DNA from: a virus
Taxonomy: Duplodnaviria; Caudoviricetes
Virus record (IMG/VR): IMGVR_UViG_3300017716_002032
Coordinates: 1-42,381 of that record
Length of the DNA: 42,381 nt
Direction: 5' to 3' (one strand)
Shown here: piece after piece, positions 7,063 through 16,676 of the stretch
Layout: every line of letters begins with the position of its first letter
Position numbering within the stretch: position 1 is the first letter of the stretch
Position numbers and translations under genes: made by a program
Notes under the pieces: generated by a model
Database searches by the model: none
The model's input: only the letters and a program-made list of their open reading frames with translations
Told to the model about the DNA's origin: nothing

Positions 7063-7349
7063 GGCTTCACCGGCTTGTCGGGGTCAGTGACCGGCGGTTT
7101 GTCTGTCCCCCCCGAGAAGGCGACGATGTTCTTGCCGTCGCGGGTGGCCATGTAGGCTTTTTGCGCCCGCTCCAATCTCGCGTGGAGGAGAGCAAGGCTC
7201 TTCTCGGCTTGCTCCGTCGCCTTCCGCATGGCCTTTGCAGTGGGGTCCCGTTGGTCGGCCTGCTGTGTCGCGTTTTGCATGACCTTGACGGCAGCTTCCA
7301 CCTGAATAATAGCGCGCCCGATGGCTTCGATGTGTTCTTGAGCAGTCAT
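7059..7349 (-). CDS. Coiled-coil hypothetical protein
   Basis: AGGA RBS, helical composition. Confidence 0.7.
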   Translation of the reverse strand: MTAQEHIEAIGRAIIQVEAAVKVMQNATQQADQRDPTAKAMRKATEQAEKSLALLHARLERAQKAYMATRDGKNIVAFSGGTDKPPVTDPDKPVKP

Positions 7350-7357
7350 GTTTAATC

Positions 7358-9400
7358 CTAGAAAATGAATCCAGTAAAACCAACAGAGATAAACTTGCCT
7401 ACGGGAAGCGTTGATGCGACGTTGTAAATTGCGCCAGTTGCCGCCACTCGATACTCAATAACTATGCGCTTGGCAGTGACCCCGTTAACTGTTGCATCAT
7501 AAACCAACAGCGCCACATCTAGCGCAGTGCCAGAGTCGTTGAGCGTGATTGTGCCTTGAACGGTCTGCGTTGCTTCAACCTGAGCGTTTGTCGTGTTGAG
7601 CGCAAGCTGGCCACCACTAGCGAGCAATGACGCACCCGCCGAAAACGCCGCCGCACCGGTTGGAGTGGTCGTAAACGACGTGCTTGAGCCGGCGATTTTC
7701 GTGCAATAGGTCCCCGCCAAGCTCGCGTCGGCCAGACTGCCAATGCGGTGCTTGATTGTCCCGGCGTCATTGTAAAGCTGGACCGTGATCGCCTGATACA
7801 GCGCGTCACGCAGCCGGAACGCGCCCGTCTCAATGTTCAGCGCCGAAATGATCGACTTGCCTGAGAACGCGGTCGGACTAGTCCCGCCTTGATACAGCGA
7901 CCCGACCTTGACGATGCCATTAGTAACAGTAACCGAGCCAGTAACCAGCATGGTCGGATTAGTCAGAGAGAATTGATTGTAAGTTGTGGTGTCAACCTCA
8001 ACTAAATGGCTAAACGTCGTTCCGTTGGCGGAAGAGATTAGATATTTGTCTATCTGACAATCACCCGTCATCCGAAACGGAAGACCGCCGGACGTGGTTG
8101 CTTCAATCTCAAATTGATCGCCCACGCAGCCAGACAGATCAAGCCCGCGCACGTTGACAGGACCCCCGGCAATCGCGCCGGTCGAACCTTCCCCCGCTTG
8201 CATACTTTCGATGCAGAACAGTTTGTTGGCGTCACCCGTAATCCGCATATTAGTGCGGCAACTTTGTCCGGTCAGATTCTGGAAACGCCCGACGTTTCCG
8301 TTTACATTCCAGCCGTAAGCATTGCGGAAGTCGCGCACGATGATATCACGCAACAGCCCCTCAGTTCCAAATTGGACGCCGTTGTTGCCAAGGTCGATGC
8401 CTGCCGTAACCGCCGTGTTGTTTCGGCCATAGATAGTAAAACCCGACAAGTTGGTTTTGGCGGCGCTCCCGTTGTCAGTGATAAACCGCCCCGTTGTCCC
8501 GGTTTTACACCAAAAGGCAGACGTGTGCGACCCCGTGCCGATGATGCACGTTGTTGGGTAGGTAATGAGGTTGCCGGAAAGGAAGTTCTTGGCGGTCATC
8601 AGGATAGCGCGGGCTGCCACCGTGCCGCCGCTAAAAGCCCAGTCGAGAGCAGCCTGAATGGCTAGAGTATCGTCAGTCCCGGTTCCGGTTCCGCTATCGT
8701 AGTCGCCTACAGCGCCGAAGTCCTCAAACGAGCGGAAATCTCGCAGCTTGCTTTCAACCGTGCGGTCAACGTCGCCCGTTACCCCGGCATTCCATCCAAC
8801 GCCCGACGAGCCGTTGGGAGCCGAAAGTGTTGCCGTGCCAACAGCAGCGATAGCCGCGCGAAATGCCGCGATATTAGCACCAGTGATGTTATCGCCGTTG
8901 AGGTTTGCCTTGTTAAGAATAGATGGGGCTTCAGGTGCGTCCGCGATAATTGCTTCAATAGCCGCTAGATCAGCCGTGGTCTGTGCCGCATTTGCGGCTG
9001 TCAGCACCACATCTGCTGCCGTTTGCACGGCGTCCGCTTCCGCTGCCGCAGCCGCCGCCTCAGCAAGCGCAGCCGCCGCCGTCTCCCAATCCACCGAAGG
9101 ACGGTAGTTGTCAAAAGTGAACGGATTGCCGGGGCTTGCCCCCGTCGATGTCGTAACGCTGACACGGTAGAGAACGGGCGAGGCTTCCGTTCCGGCTTCC
9201 GCATAAACCGCCGGAAACTGGCCAGAGCTATTAGCAATCACCGGATTTGCGGAAAGAACAGTCAGGGCTTCATCGATATAGATGCTCGCTTTTTCCGTTG
9301 TCAGGTTTGTATAGACATAGAGTTTTGCCCCCGAAAGGAGGTCAAAGTCACGGTTGCGAGCCGGAAAATACGGCGGAACGACAATGCGACCAGCAGCCAT
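7358..9400 (-). CDS. Tailspike / receptor-binding protein with beta-helix (pectate-lyase-3-like) domain
   Basis: N-terminal head-binding-like LSANPVIANSSG; RTVESKLRDFRSFEDFGAVGD...DDTLAIQAALD motif. Confidence 0.88.
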   Translation of the reverse strand: MAAGRIVVPPYFPARNRDFDLLSGAKLYVYTNLTTEKASIYIDEALTVLSANPVIANSSGQFPAVYAEAGTEASPVLYRVSVTTSTGASPGNPFTFDNYRPSVDWETAAAALAEAAAAAAEADAVQTAADVVLTAANAAQTTADLAAIEAIIADAPEAPSILNKANLNGDNITGANIAAFRAAIAAVGTATLSAPNGSSGVGWNAGVTGDVDRTVESKLRDFRSFEDFGAVGDYDSGTGTGTDDTLAIQAALDWAFSGGTVAARAILMTAKNFLSGNLITYPTTCIIGTGSHTSAFWCKTGTTGRFITDNGSAAKTNLSGFTIYGRNNTAVTAGIDLGNNGVQFGTEGLLRDIIVRDFRNAYGWNVNGNVGRFQNLTGQSCRTNMRITGDANKLFCIESMQAGEGSTGAIAGGPVNVRGLDLSGCVGDQFEIEATTSGGLPFRMTGDCQIDKYLISSANGTTFSHLVEVDTTTYNQFSLTNPTMLVTGSVTVTNGIVKVGSLYQGGTSPTAFSGKSIISALNIETGAFRLRDALYQAITVQLYNDAGTIKHRIGSLADASLAGTYCTKIAGSSTSFTTTPTGAAAFSAGASLLASGGQLALNTTNAQVEATQTVQGTITLNDSGTALDVALLVYDATVNGVTAKRIVIEYRVAATGAIYNVASTLPVGKFISVGFTGFIF

Positions 9401-12400
9401 TACTCTTCGTCTCCTGCCATTTGCCCGGATTGTTGCGAGATTGCAAAACGAATAGACCGAAGCGTGCTTCGCGCATCTTGCCGGTTCATGCGACGAGCAA
9501 GCATATCGATAACTTCTCGGGTGCGATTCGGGTCGATAGCCGCCTCAAGCAACGCTTGAGCCTCCGCATCAGAATACCCCAGCCGCACCAGTCGGGCCAA
9601 CGAACCCGCCGCGCCACGCATATTTCCGACCATCGCGCTACCGACAGCCGACGCCGCATCAAGGCCAGCTTGCGCTTGATCGCTCAAAGCCGGAGCGGTT
9701 GGCGAGCCTTGGCCCGGATCAATACGGCGCGCAGCCATCAAGCCTTCGCGTTCACCCCGCATTGCCTCTTGAAACGGAATGGGGTTTTCCAACAACGCCG
9801 CGTTCCGCATACTTTGCTCGCGTCCCGACGCTAGACGTTGAGCGATGCCCGGCGCTGCCCCTTGCGTTCCAACGCCCCGCTCAACCGCTCGCCTTGCCGC
9901 CGCAAGTGCGACCTCGCGTTCCGCCGGACCGAGGCGAGAAACAAGCCGCGAAAATTCATCGGCCTCCATTGTAAGGAAGCCTTCTCCTAATTCCGTCGCG
10001 CGCTGAAGAGCGGCGGTGCTAGCATGAGATGCGCGGGCGGCGGCGTAATCGGGGTTAAGCCGGTCAAGTTCCGCACGAAAATCCCTACGCAATTGTTGAA
10101 TTGCGCGCCCGTTGGTATCAAGAACGAGTTGCCCCGTCGCGTTGCGCGAATCCTCTAGCACATCATCAAGCCCGCGCTTGACGTAATCCAGCGTTTGCAT
10201 CGACGGAGTTTCACCGGGGATTAGTTCTACGCGAGGCCCCGGAGATTCCCCCTCCAAAAACGCCATCGCCCGCGCTTCCGCGTCGTCAGCGTCCCTCAAC
10301 GCCCGCGCAATATCCGCGTTGCTGGCGCGAGAAATGTCAATTCCCTCGCGCGCCAACCTCTCCTCAAGGGCGTCACGGCGAGACGAACGCAGCGCCGCAT
10401 TTGCAGAACGGTCAGTATCACCAACCGCCCGCGCAAACCGATGGCTTCCCCGCAACTCGCCTTCGATTGCCCTGACCATATCTTGCGAGGAGATGCGCTG
10501 ATAGTTGTCCGCGCTATCCGCCGTAGCGTCTGCCACATCATCAAAATAACCCGCAGCCCTCGCGCGGTCAGCCATTTGCTCCAAAGACAAACCGTCATCC
10601 CGCACGGCCCGAGAGCGCCATGAGCCTTGCCGGTTCCACGTGTCAGCGCCAATGGACGCCAGATCACCGCCATCGTCACGAACACCGCCGTTTTTGGAGA
10701 TAAATTCTAGCAGGCTGTCACCACGCGCCGGACCTTGAGTGCGACGGCCCGCGCGCATCGCGTCCAAATCAGCAAACAACTCAGGATCGGCAGGACGGCG
10801 CGACGGTGCCGCCGGGCTACCCACATCCCGCGTCGCGACAAACATTCCCAACTCGTTAGGATTGCGACCCTCATTGCGCGCAATTGTATAGGCCCGTTGA
10901 AGCGCCGCACGACCCGCAGGCCGTGAAAGCAAATCTTCAATAACCGGCGACGGCGGCATTGATCGTGCATAAGCCGCCTCATAAAGCGGCGCGGCCTCGC
11001 GGCGACCCGTAGCTGCTAGTTGTTCCCTAATTTCCATAGGTGAACGCGGATCGGCGCTGAGATTACGGCGCGCTTGCCGCGAAATGCGGTCCGGCAAGTT
11101 TTCCGCGCGGCCTTCAGCAAAGTCCCGCACGGCTTGGCGAGCCGGTGTCTGACGAGTAGCCAACGCACGGGTCAAGCCTTGCTGGCCAGCATCCATCAAA
11201 TCGACAAATGTTGTCTCAAGCCCTTGTGCGGCGCGTTCATCAGCGCGTTGCGCCAAAACACCCGCATCAGGATTAAAACGACGACTGAAACGGTCAGTCG
11301 CGCTTTCAAGAGCGTTAGGGCGAACCACCCGACGCGCCGCGTCTCCTACCCCGCGAATAGCGTTCACGCCAAGCCGAGCAACAGGTTCTGCGACAGGCCC
11401 TAGAACGCCGCCAATAGCAGCGCCTTCGAGGGCGTTGCCGCCACGTTCCGTTAGCCCACCTTCACCCGCGCCAGCACCATAAATGCCGCCGGTCACCGCG
11501 CCGCCCGCCACGCGAGGCGCGTTTCGCGCTCCAAAAGATGCCAGCCTGTTGACGACACCAGCACCCCGCGCCGCTTGCGCTACGTTTGCCCCTCGGCCCA
11601 ACATCCCCACCGGAAGCGCCGTCGTGCCAGCCGCACCCACCAAACCACCCGCAATGCGCTGGCGCCGATTCGTCTGGTTGTCGATTTGCTGAAGAGCCTG
11701 ATAACTGTCGCGGACATCGGAATAACCACGCCCGCTGATAGCCCCTGCCGCTGCCACCGCCGCTTCATCAAGGAACGGCACTTGTTCCGCTGCCGCCATA
11801 GCAAACGCCCGCGACTGATCGCCAAGATTGCGACCGCGCGTCATCACGCCACCCAAGCCCTGATTGTTCGCAGCGTTTTCGTCGGTGTAAGGGTCTCCGG
11901 TTAGCCGAGAGACCGTTCCGTCTGGTTGCTGCACATACATCCCGCGCGACAGGTTCGCGACCGCGCGGCGTTGAGCATAATCGTCCTCTGAATCCAGATC
12001 GACGTTTTTCAGAACAAACGGGTTTGCAGCCGACGAACCGGGGCCGGTATATGTCGGGCCGGGGCCAGCAATAGCGGCGGCGGAATCTGGATAGTAGTTT
12101 TCCGGGGTGCGCAAACTAGGGCGCGAAACGTCGTTCGGGTCGGCGTTAGCAAACGGCTCTCCACCTCCAATCGTCGATAGCGCTGCAACCTCACGGTCGG
12201 TTGAAGTGTCGGCAGGATTTGCCAAATCCTGTTCTGTAAAAGCGGGCGGGCGACCGATTCCGGCAAGAATGGCATTAATGCGGTCACGGCGGTTCGCAGC
12301 CTTCCGTCGCAAGGTTTCCGCGCTATCCCCCAGCGCTGGAAAGTCAGCACGGATTTGGCGCGCGGCCTCCGAAGCCGTAACGCTCGCTCCCGACTGAATG

Positions 12401-12900
12401 GGCATCAAAGATGCCTCATAGGTGCTAAGAGCCTGCTGCGCGTTCTGATAATCTTGACCGCCCCAAAGGTTAGCCAAAGGCGCAAAGGGCCGAAAGCTGG
12501 AATCGCCACGCGGGTCTAGGTCGATAGCGTTTAGGGTAACAGCGCCCCAATCGCGATTAAGCGGGTTGCCACGTGCCTCTTCGACCGCAAGGTTCCGCTC
12601 TGCCCGGACCAAAGGGTCAGCGCCAATATTGTAACGCCCGCGCTGATCGGCGCTTACAAGTCCGCTTCCGCCCGCACCACCGCCCGCACCACCAAAGTTT
12701 TCGACAGTTTCTTGGCCACCGCGAGGGCCTTGACGAACAATATCACCATTCGGCAGTTGAAAGTGGTTGGCCCCATAATCGGGGCGCGGGATGCGCTGAA
12801 GCGGGCGTCCGTCTTGTTGCGACGGATACCAGTCATTGCCACGACGAACGAGAAAGTTGCCCTTGCCGTCTGCCGCGATATCGCCTTCTTGCGGCTCCAT
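9400..12900 (-). CDS. Large internal virion / DNA ejection protein
   Basis: 1166 aa, Ala/Gly rich, AAPLYEAAY and TLDYVKRGLDD motifs; position after two other ejection genes. Confidence 0.8.
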   Translation of the reverse strand: MEPQEGDIAADGKGNFLVRRGNDWYPSQQDGRPLQRIPRPDYGANHFQLPNGDIVRQGPRGGQETVENFGGAGGGAGGSGLVSADQRGRYNIGADPLVRAERNLAVEEARGNPLNRDWGAVTLNAIDLDPRGDSSFRPFAPLANLWGGQDYQNAQQALSTYEASLMPIQSGASVTASEAARQIRADFPALGDSAETLRRKAANRRDRINAILAGIGRPPAFTEQDLANPADTSTDREVAALSTIGGGEPFANADPNDVSRPSLRTPENYYPDSAAAIAGPGPTYTGPGSSAANPFVLKNVDLDSEDDYAQRRAVANLSRGMYVQQPDGTVSRLTGDPYTDENAANNQGLGGVMTRGRNLGDQSRAFAMAAAEQVPFLDEAAVAAAGAISGRGYSDVRDSYQALQQIDNQTNRRQRIAGGLVGAAGTTALPVGMLGRGANVAQAARGAGVVNRLASFGARNAPRVAGGAVTGGIYGAGAGEGGLTERGGNALEGAAIGGVLGPVAEPVARLGVNAIRGVGDAARRVVRPNALESATDRFSRRFNPDAGVLAQRADERAAQGLETTFVDLMDAGQQGLTRALATRQTPARQAVRDFAEGRAENLPDRISRQARRNLSADPRSPMEIREQLAATGRREAAPLYEAAYARSMPPSPVIEDLLSRPAGRAALQRAYTIARNEGRNPNELGMFVATRDVGSPAAPSRRPADPELFADLDAMRAGRRTQGPARGDSLLEFISKNGGVRDDGGDLASIGADTWNRQGSWRSRAVRDDGLSLEQMADRARAAGYFDDVADATADSADNYQRISSQDMVRAIEGELRGSHRFARAVGDTDRSANAALRSSRRDALEERLAREGIDISRASNADIARALRDADDAEARAMAFLEGESPGPRVELIPGETPSMQTLDYVKRGLDDVLEDSRNATGQLVLDTNGRAIQQLRRDFRAELDRLNPDYAAARASHASTAALQRATELGEGFLTMEADEFSRLVSRLGPAEREVALAAARRAVERGVGTQGAAPGIAQRLASGREQSMRNAALLENPIPFQEAMRGEREGLMAARRIDPGQGSPTAPALSDQAQAGLDAASAVGSAMVGNMRGAAGSLARLVRLGYSDAEAQALLEAAIDPNRTREVIDMLARRMNRQDARSTLRSIRFAISQQSGQMAGDEE

Positions 12901-13649
12901 TAGCGCCTCTGAATCGTAAAACCGGGCGGCAGATCGCCCGCGCCGTTGTTCGCTCTCGGATCCGAAGGCGGCGCTGACGGTCCTCTAGTATTAGAACGCG
13001 GACGAGGAGGCGCGCGGCCTGCTGCCGACAACTGGCGTTGGCCTTCGACGTAACCGGGACGGGGCGAAATGCTACCGTCTTCGTTCATCATCCAGCCGGT
13101 CGGGACGTTTGGCGCTGCCGCCGGAGCTTCATAAACCGTGCCGTATTGGCCAGTGTAAGGGTCAGGCCGAATGACATTGCCGCCAGACATACGGTCGCCA
13201 GCGGTCATTGACGGAAGCTCACCGCCAACCGCCGTCACCAGCGAGCGCAGTTGAGCGTCGCTCATTTCCGACGCATCAAGTTGCGCCAAAACGTCGTCCG
13301 GGTAACCCATCTGTTGAAGCACCGGACGCAGCGTGGTCGTGTAAATCTCACGGCGCTGCTCAGGCGGGGCCTGCAACAGACCCTCCGCACCGCGAAGGAT
13401 GAATTGTAGCTTTTCCGTCCGTTCCGCTTGCTCGCGTTCGCGCATTGCATCCGCTTCGGCTGTCATGTCGTTTTGCAGCACACGCTGGCTTTGCAGATCA
13501 CCCGCCTCGCCAAGAATGGACGCCGCTTCCGCCTGATTGCCGGTCGCCAGCGCGTTACCCGCTTGCCGCCGTGCGCCCGCCTGCCGAACGCCTTGCAAGG
13601 CGTTGAAAGTGCGGAACATCCGATTAGAGCCTTCGTATTCTTGCGGCAT
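12900..13649 (-). CDS. Ejection protein (P22 gp20-like position)
   Basis: Gln/Ala-rich, syntenic. Confidence 0.7.
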   Translation of the reverse strand: MPQEYEGSNRMFRTFNALQGVRQAGARRQAGNALATGNQAEAASILGEAGDLQSQRVLQNDMTAEADAMREREQAERTEKLQFILRGAEGLLQAPPEQRREIYTTTLRPVLQQMGYPDDVLAQLDASEMSDAQLRSLVTAVGGELPSMTAGDRMSGGNVIRPDPYTGQYGTVYEAPAAAPNVPTGWMMNEDGSISPRPGYVEGQRQLSAAGRAPPRPRSNTRGPSAPPSDPRANNGAGDLPPGFTIQRR

Positions 13650-13652
13650 CGC

Positions 13653-14606
13653 TTAGTTTCTCCGACCAGAGAAATAATCCATCCCGATACCGCCGAGGTC
13701 TTGAAGGGCATTGCCCCACAAGCCTGCTTGCGTCCCGTAGCTGGATTGAAGGGCGTTCGAGGCGTTTTGGTTGTTCATCCCGACTTGTGCGCCGTATTGA
13801 CCCGCCAAGGCGTTGCCCTGACCCGTAGCCGTCTGGCCAAGGCCCGCCACACTGAACAGTTGGTTCAGTTGGGTGTTGTATTCGTTCGACGCATAGTCCT
13901 GACCATAGCGGGTCAAGGCTCGCAGCGTGTCGCCGCTTTGCATCATGCCCGACGCCGCGCGGTTGGCGTTAACCCCGCGCTGGCCTTCATCGAACCGGAA
14001 CTGATAGCCCGGCGAGGCATAAAAGCCGCCGTAACGGTTCTCAGGGTCTAGCGCATTAACGCCAGCCGGAGCCGTTCCCGGGGCGGGCGGAAGCGTGGTC
14101 GGAGCAACGCCCGTGGGATTTGCCATGCCCGGTTGACCCGGCAACACTTGCGGGCCGGTCGCGCCATCATATGACAACACCCCGCCCATCGCTTGCGGAA
14201 CCATGCCGCCCTTGTCAGCGGCCATAGCCATCGCGGGGGCCATTTGGGCAACGTCGCGTTGGTCATAACTTGCACCGCCCGCGCCATAACCGCCGCCACC
14301 ACCGCCCATCGTCGGAGTAAGGGTTTGGCCACCACCGCCCATGACAGGGCCAGCGCCTTGACGCGGAGTCGCCGGAGCCGTGCCGCCCAAGCCAAGGCGA
14401 CGGTTAATCTCTACAAGAGCCGCTTCACCAGACGCCCGCCACGGGGCCAGATCAGCGCGCTGTTGGTTAAAGATGTTCTGTTGTGTTGCGTTGTTCTGGT
14501 TGGCTACATCTTGAGCCGCGTTGGCTTGACGCCGCGAACCGCTAGACGCAATAGCAGCCCCGCCGATAGCAGTCGCGCCAGCAATAAGAGGAACCGCTAC
14601 CGGCAT
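13653..14606 (-). CDS. Ejection protein, P22 gp7-like
   Basis: SPGYQFRFDEG...SGDTLRALTRYGQDYASNEY motif. Confidence 0.8.
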   Translation of the reverse strand: MPVAVPLIAGATAIGGAAIASSGSRRQANAAQDVANQNNATQQNIFNQQRADLAPWRASGEAALVEINRRLGLGGTAPATPRQGAGPVMGGGGQTLTPTMGGGGGGYGAGGASYDQRDVAQMAPAMAMAADKGGMVPQAMGGVLSYDGATGPQVLPGQPGMANPTGVAPTTLPPAPGTAPAGVNALDPENRYGGFYASPGYQFRFDEGQRGVNANRAASGMMQSGDTLRALTRYGQDYASNEYNTQLNQLFSVAGLGQTATGQGNALAGQYGAQVGMNNQNASNALQSSYGTQAGLWGNALQDLGGIGMDYFSGRRN

Positions 14607-15238
14607 CAGATAGCCTCCAGATCAGGGCCGTGGAGAACCTTGCCGCACTCGACCATGAGGGGCGTCACCGAGACAAGACTAATCAGCGGCGCGAAACAAA
14701 CCGCAGCCCACTGATTGTAATGCCAGACAGCTTTCGCCGGATTAGTCGGTAGCATCAGAAACGCCGCTCCAGCAGCATGAGAGGGGATGATTGCCTCTAG
14801 TTTCTCATGAAACTGCTGACCGGCCTGTAAGCAAGCATCGCTCGCCTGAATCCAATCCTCAATGCAGAGGACGTGATATTCCCCGAACCATAGCCGAAAA
14901 CCTGCTATCCGCGCAAGTGCCCGCGCGGCCACATTACCTTCCGGCAACTGCGTCACAAGTTTAACCGCGTCAGTCTGCAAGAACACATACTCTAGCGCGG
15001 CCTTTAGATTGTCTCGAACCTTTGCCCCTCTAACCTCCGGGACAAACATCGAGTGAACCTCATACTGACAAGCGCCGAGGCTCCTTAGCACCCATCCACC
15101 ACCCTCAAACTGCAAGGCGATATTCGACGGGTCGCTAATCATGGGCGACAGATCAACGTGCCCCTCACCCTTAAGCCACGGACGGACTTTTGGATGATTG
15201 GCGACCTCGTTCAAATATGACGGGTCTAGCGTCCTCAT
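14606..15238 (-). CDS. GNAT-fold virion assembly protein (P22 gp14/DUF2824-like)
   Basis: YEVHSMF..EVRG...N.AARALARIAGF; syntenic position. Confidence 0.7.
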   Translation of the reverse strand: MRTLDPSYLNEVANHPKVRPWLKGEGHVDLSPMISDPSNIALQFEGGGWVLRSLGACQYEVHSMFVPEVRGAKVRDNLKAALEYVFLQTDAVKLVTQLPEGNVAARALARIAGFRLWFGEYHVLCIEDWIQASDACLQAGQQFHEKLEAIIPSHAAGAAFLMLPTNPAKAVWHYNQWAAVCFAPLISLVSVTPLMVECGKVLHGPDLEAI

Positions 15239-15570
15239 GCTTGTTGGTCTGTTGTGTAATAGTTTAGGGACAGATTGACGCTCGTTCCGCTATCAATCTT
15301 GGCATGAAGCGACGCTCCATTGGCAATAACCACTGCGCCAATTGAAATAGATTGTGATTGTCCGGCATAGACGGATTGCGTCAGCAATTGATTAGTTACC
15401 CCCGACACGCCGCCAGACGGCACTTGATACAACGTCACCACCCGAGCCGTTGTGTCCCGGTTCATTGCAATCACGTTAGTAAAGACAATCGCTTCATTTA
15501 CACCGGCTGCCAAAACTGACGTGGCCGTTGTCGTTAGCGCCGCAGTTGCGCCAGTTGCTCTTGTTGCCAT
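15235..15570 (-). CDS. Small virion protein
   Basis: Likely start ATG 15570; beta-rich. Confidence 0.7.
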   Translation of the reverse strand: MATRATGATAALTTTATSVLAAGVNEAIVFTNVIAMNRDTTARVVTLYQVPSGGVSGVTNQLLTQSVYAGQSQSISIGAVVIANGASLHAKIDSGTSVNLSLNYYTTDQQA

Positions 15571-16676
15571 CAGTAATACTCCAACACCCAAACGCGGCCT
15601 TGACCGCCAATACCGCCCGGACGCGCGTTGCCGGGTCGCGCAGCGCCACCGCCACCGCCCGCCCCGTTATAACCGGCCCCACCAGACCCGCTAGCGCCTA
15701 CCGCACTGCCGCCGCCACCACCGCCAAATCCGGGGCCGATAAACGTTGCCGAAATCGGATTGCTGCCGCCGTCGCTGCCCGTGCTCAAACCTCCAGAACC
15801 GCCGCCGCCCGTAGCTGAAAGAGACCGGCTATTCCCCGCGCCGCCATTTCCGCCAACAGAAGGCGTTCCCGCATAGTAAGCGCCACCGCCACCGCCCGGA
15901 GCGCCGGGGTAATCGTTAGGTGCGCTACTGCCATCACCACCCGTCGCTCCCGCGCCTCCGGAACCACCTCGGAACATCCCGCCGTATGTTTCATTGACAG
16001 CGCCAGATGTTCCCGTTGCCAAACCGCCATAACCGCCCCGCGCGGCACAGAAACCCCCGAACGTGCTATCACCACCAGCACCGCCATTGCCGCCAGACGT
16101 TCCTGCTGTGCCGCCAGCGCCAACAGTAACCGCGACAGTCTCTGGCAAAAGAGAACCCTCGATAAACGCTAGCGAGTAGTTTGCGCCGCCGCCGCCACCA
16201 CCACCGTTCGTTCCGGCGGTGCCACCGGCCCCACCGCCACCACCACCGACAGCAAACGCCACAATAGCTTTGATGTCGGGATTAAGCTGCCAAGTGTCGT
16301 TCTGGGCAAACGAAACAACCCGCGTGGGGATAGGGACCCGAAACCCCGAGGTTATCACACCTTGCAACAAGTTCACTTGCTGGCCAAGCGCTGCTAGCTC
16401 TTGCGACAGTCGGTCGATAGAGTTTAGCCGCCCTTGCGCCGCAACATCTCCTAACTGGCGCGCCAGCGCCTCGTTCTGTCCCGTTGCGATTAGCCCCTGA
16501 ATCTGGCCAAGATTGGCGACCGTCAGTATTTCAAAGAACTCATCCGTAAAGCCGCCGGTCCGTTCCCAAAGATTAAGCAGAAACCTTTGAAACGTCTCGG
16601 TTGCTCGACCCGTTGTAAGGTCCACAACAGGAAAAGCATTCTGGATTGGCGAAACACTGACAGGACGACTAACCAT
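15570..16676 (-). CDS. Tail needle/fiber-like protein with glycine-rich C-terminal domain
   Basis: N-terminal FQRFLLNLWERTGG tail-attachment motif; long GGGG repeats ending GGQGRVWVLEY. Confidence 0.75.
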   Translation of the reverse strand: MVSRPVSVSPIQNAFPVVDLTTGRATETFQRFLLNLWERTGGFTDEFFEILTVANLGQIQGLIATGQNEALARQLGDVAAQGRLNSIDRLSQELAALGQQVNLLQGVITSGFRVPIPTRVVSFAQNDTWQLNPDIKAIVAFAVGGGGGGAGGTAGTNGGGGGGGANYSLAFIEGSLLPETVAVTVGAGGTAGTSGGNGGAGGDSTFGGFCAARGGYGGLATGTSGAVNETYGGMFRGGSGGAGATGGDGSSAPNDYPGAPGGGGGAYYAGTPSVGGNGGAGNSRSLSATGGGGSGGLSTGSDGGSNPISATFIGPGFGGGGGGSAVGASGSGGAGYNGAGGGGGAARPGNARPGGIGGQGRVWVLEYY

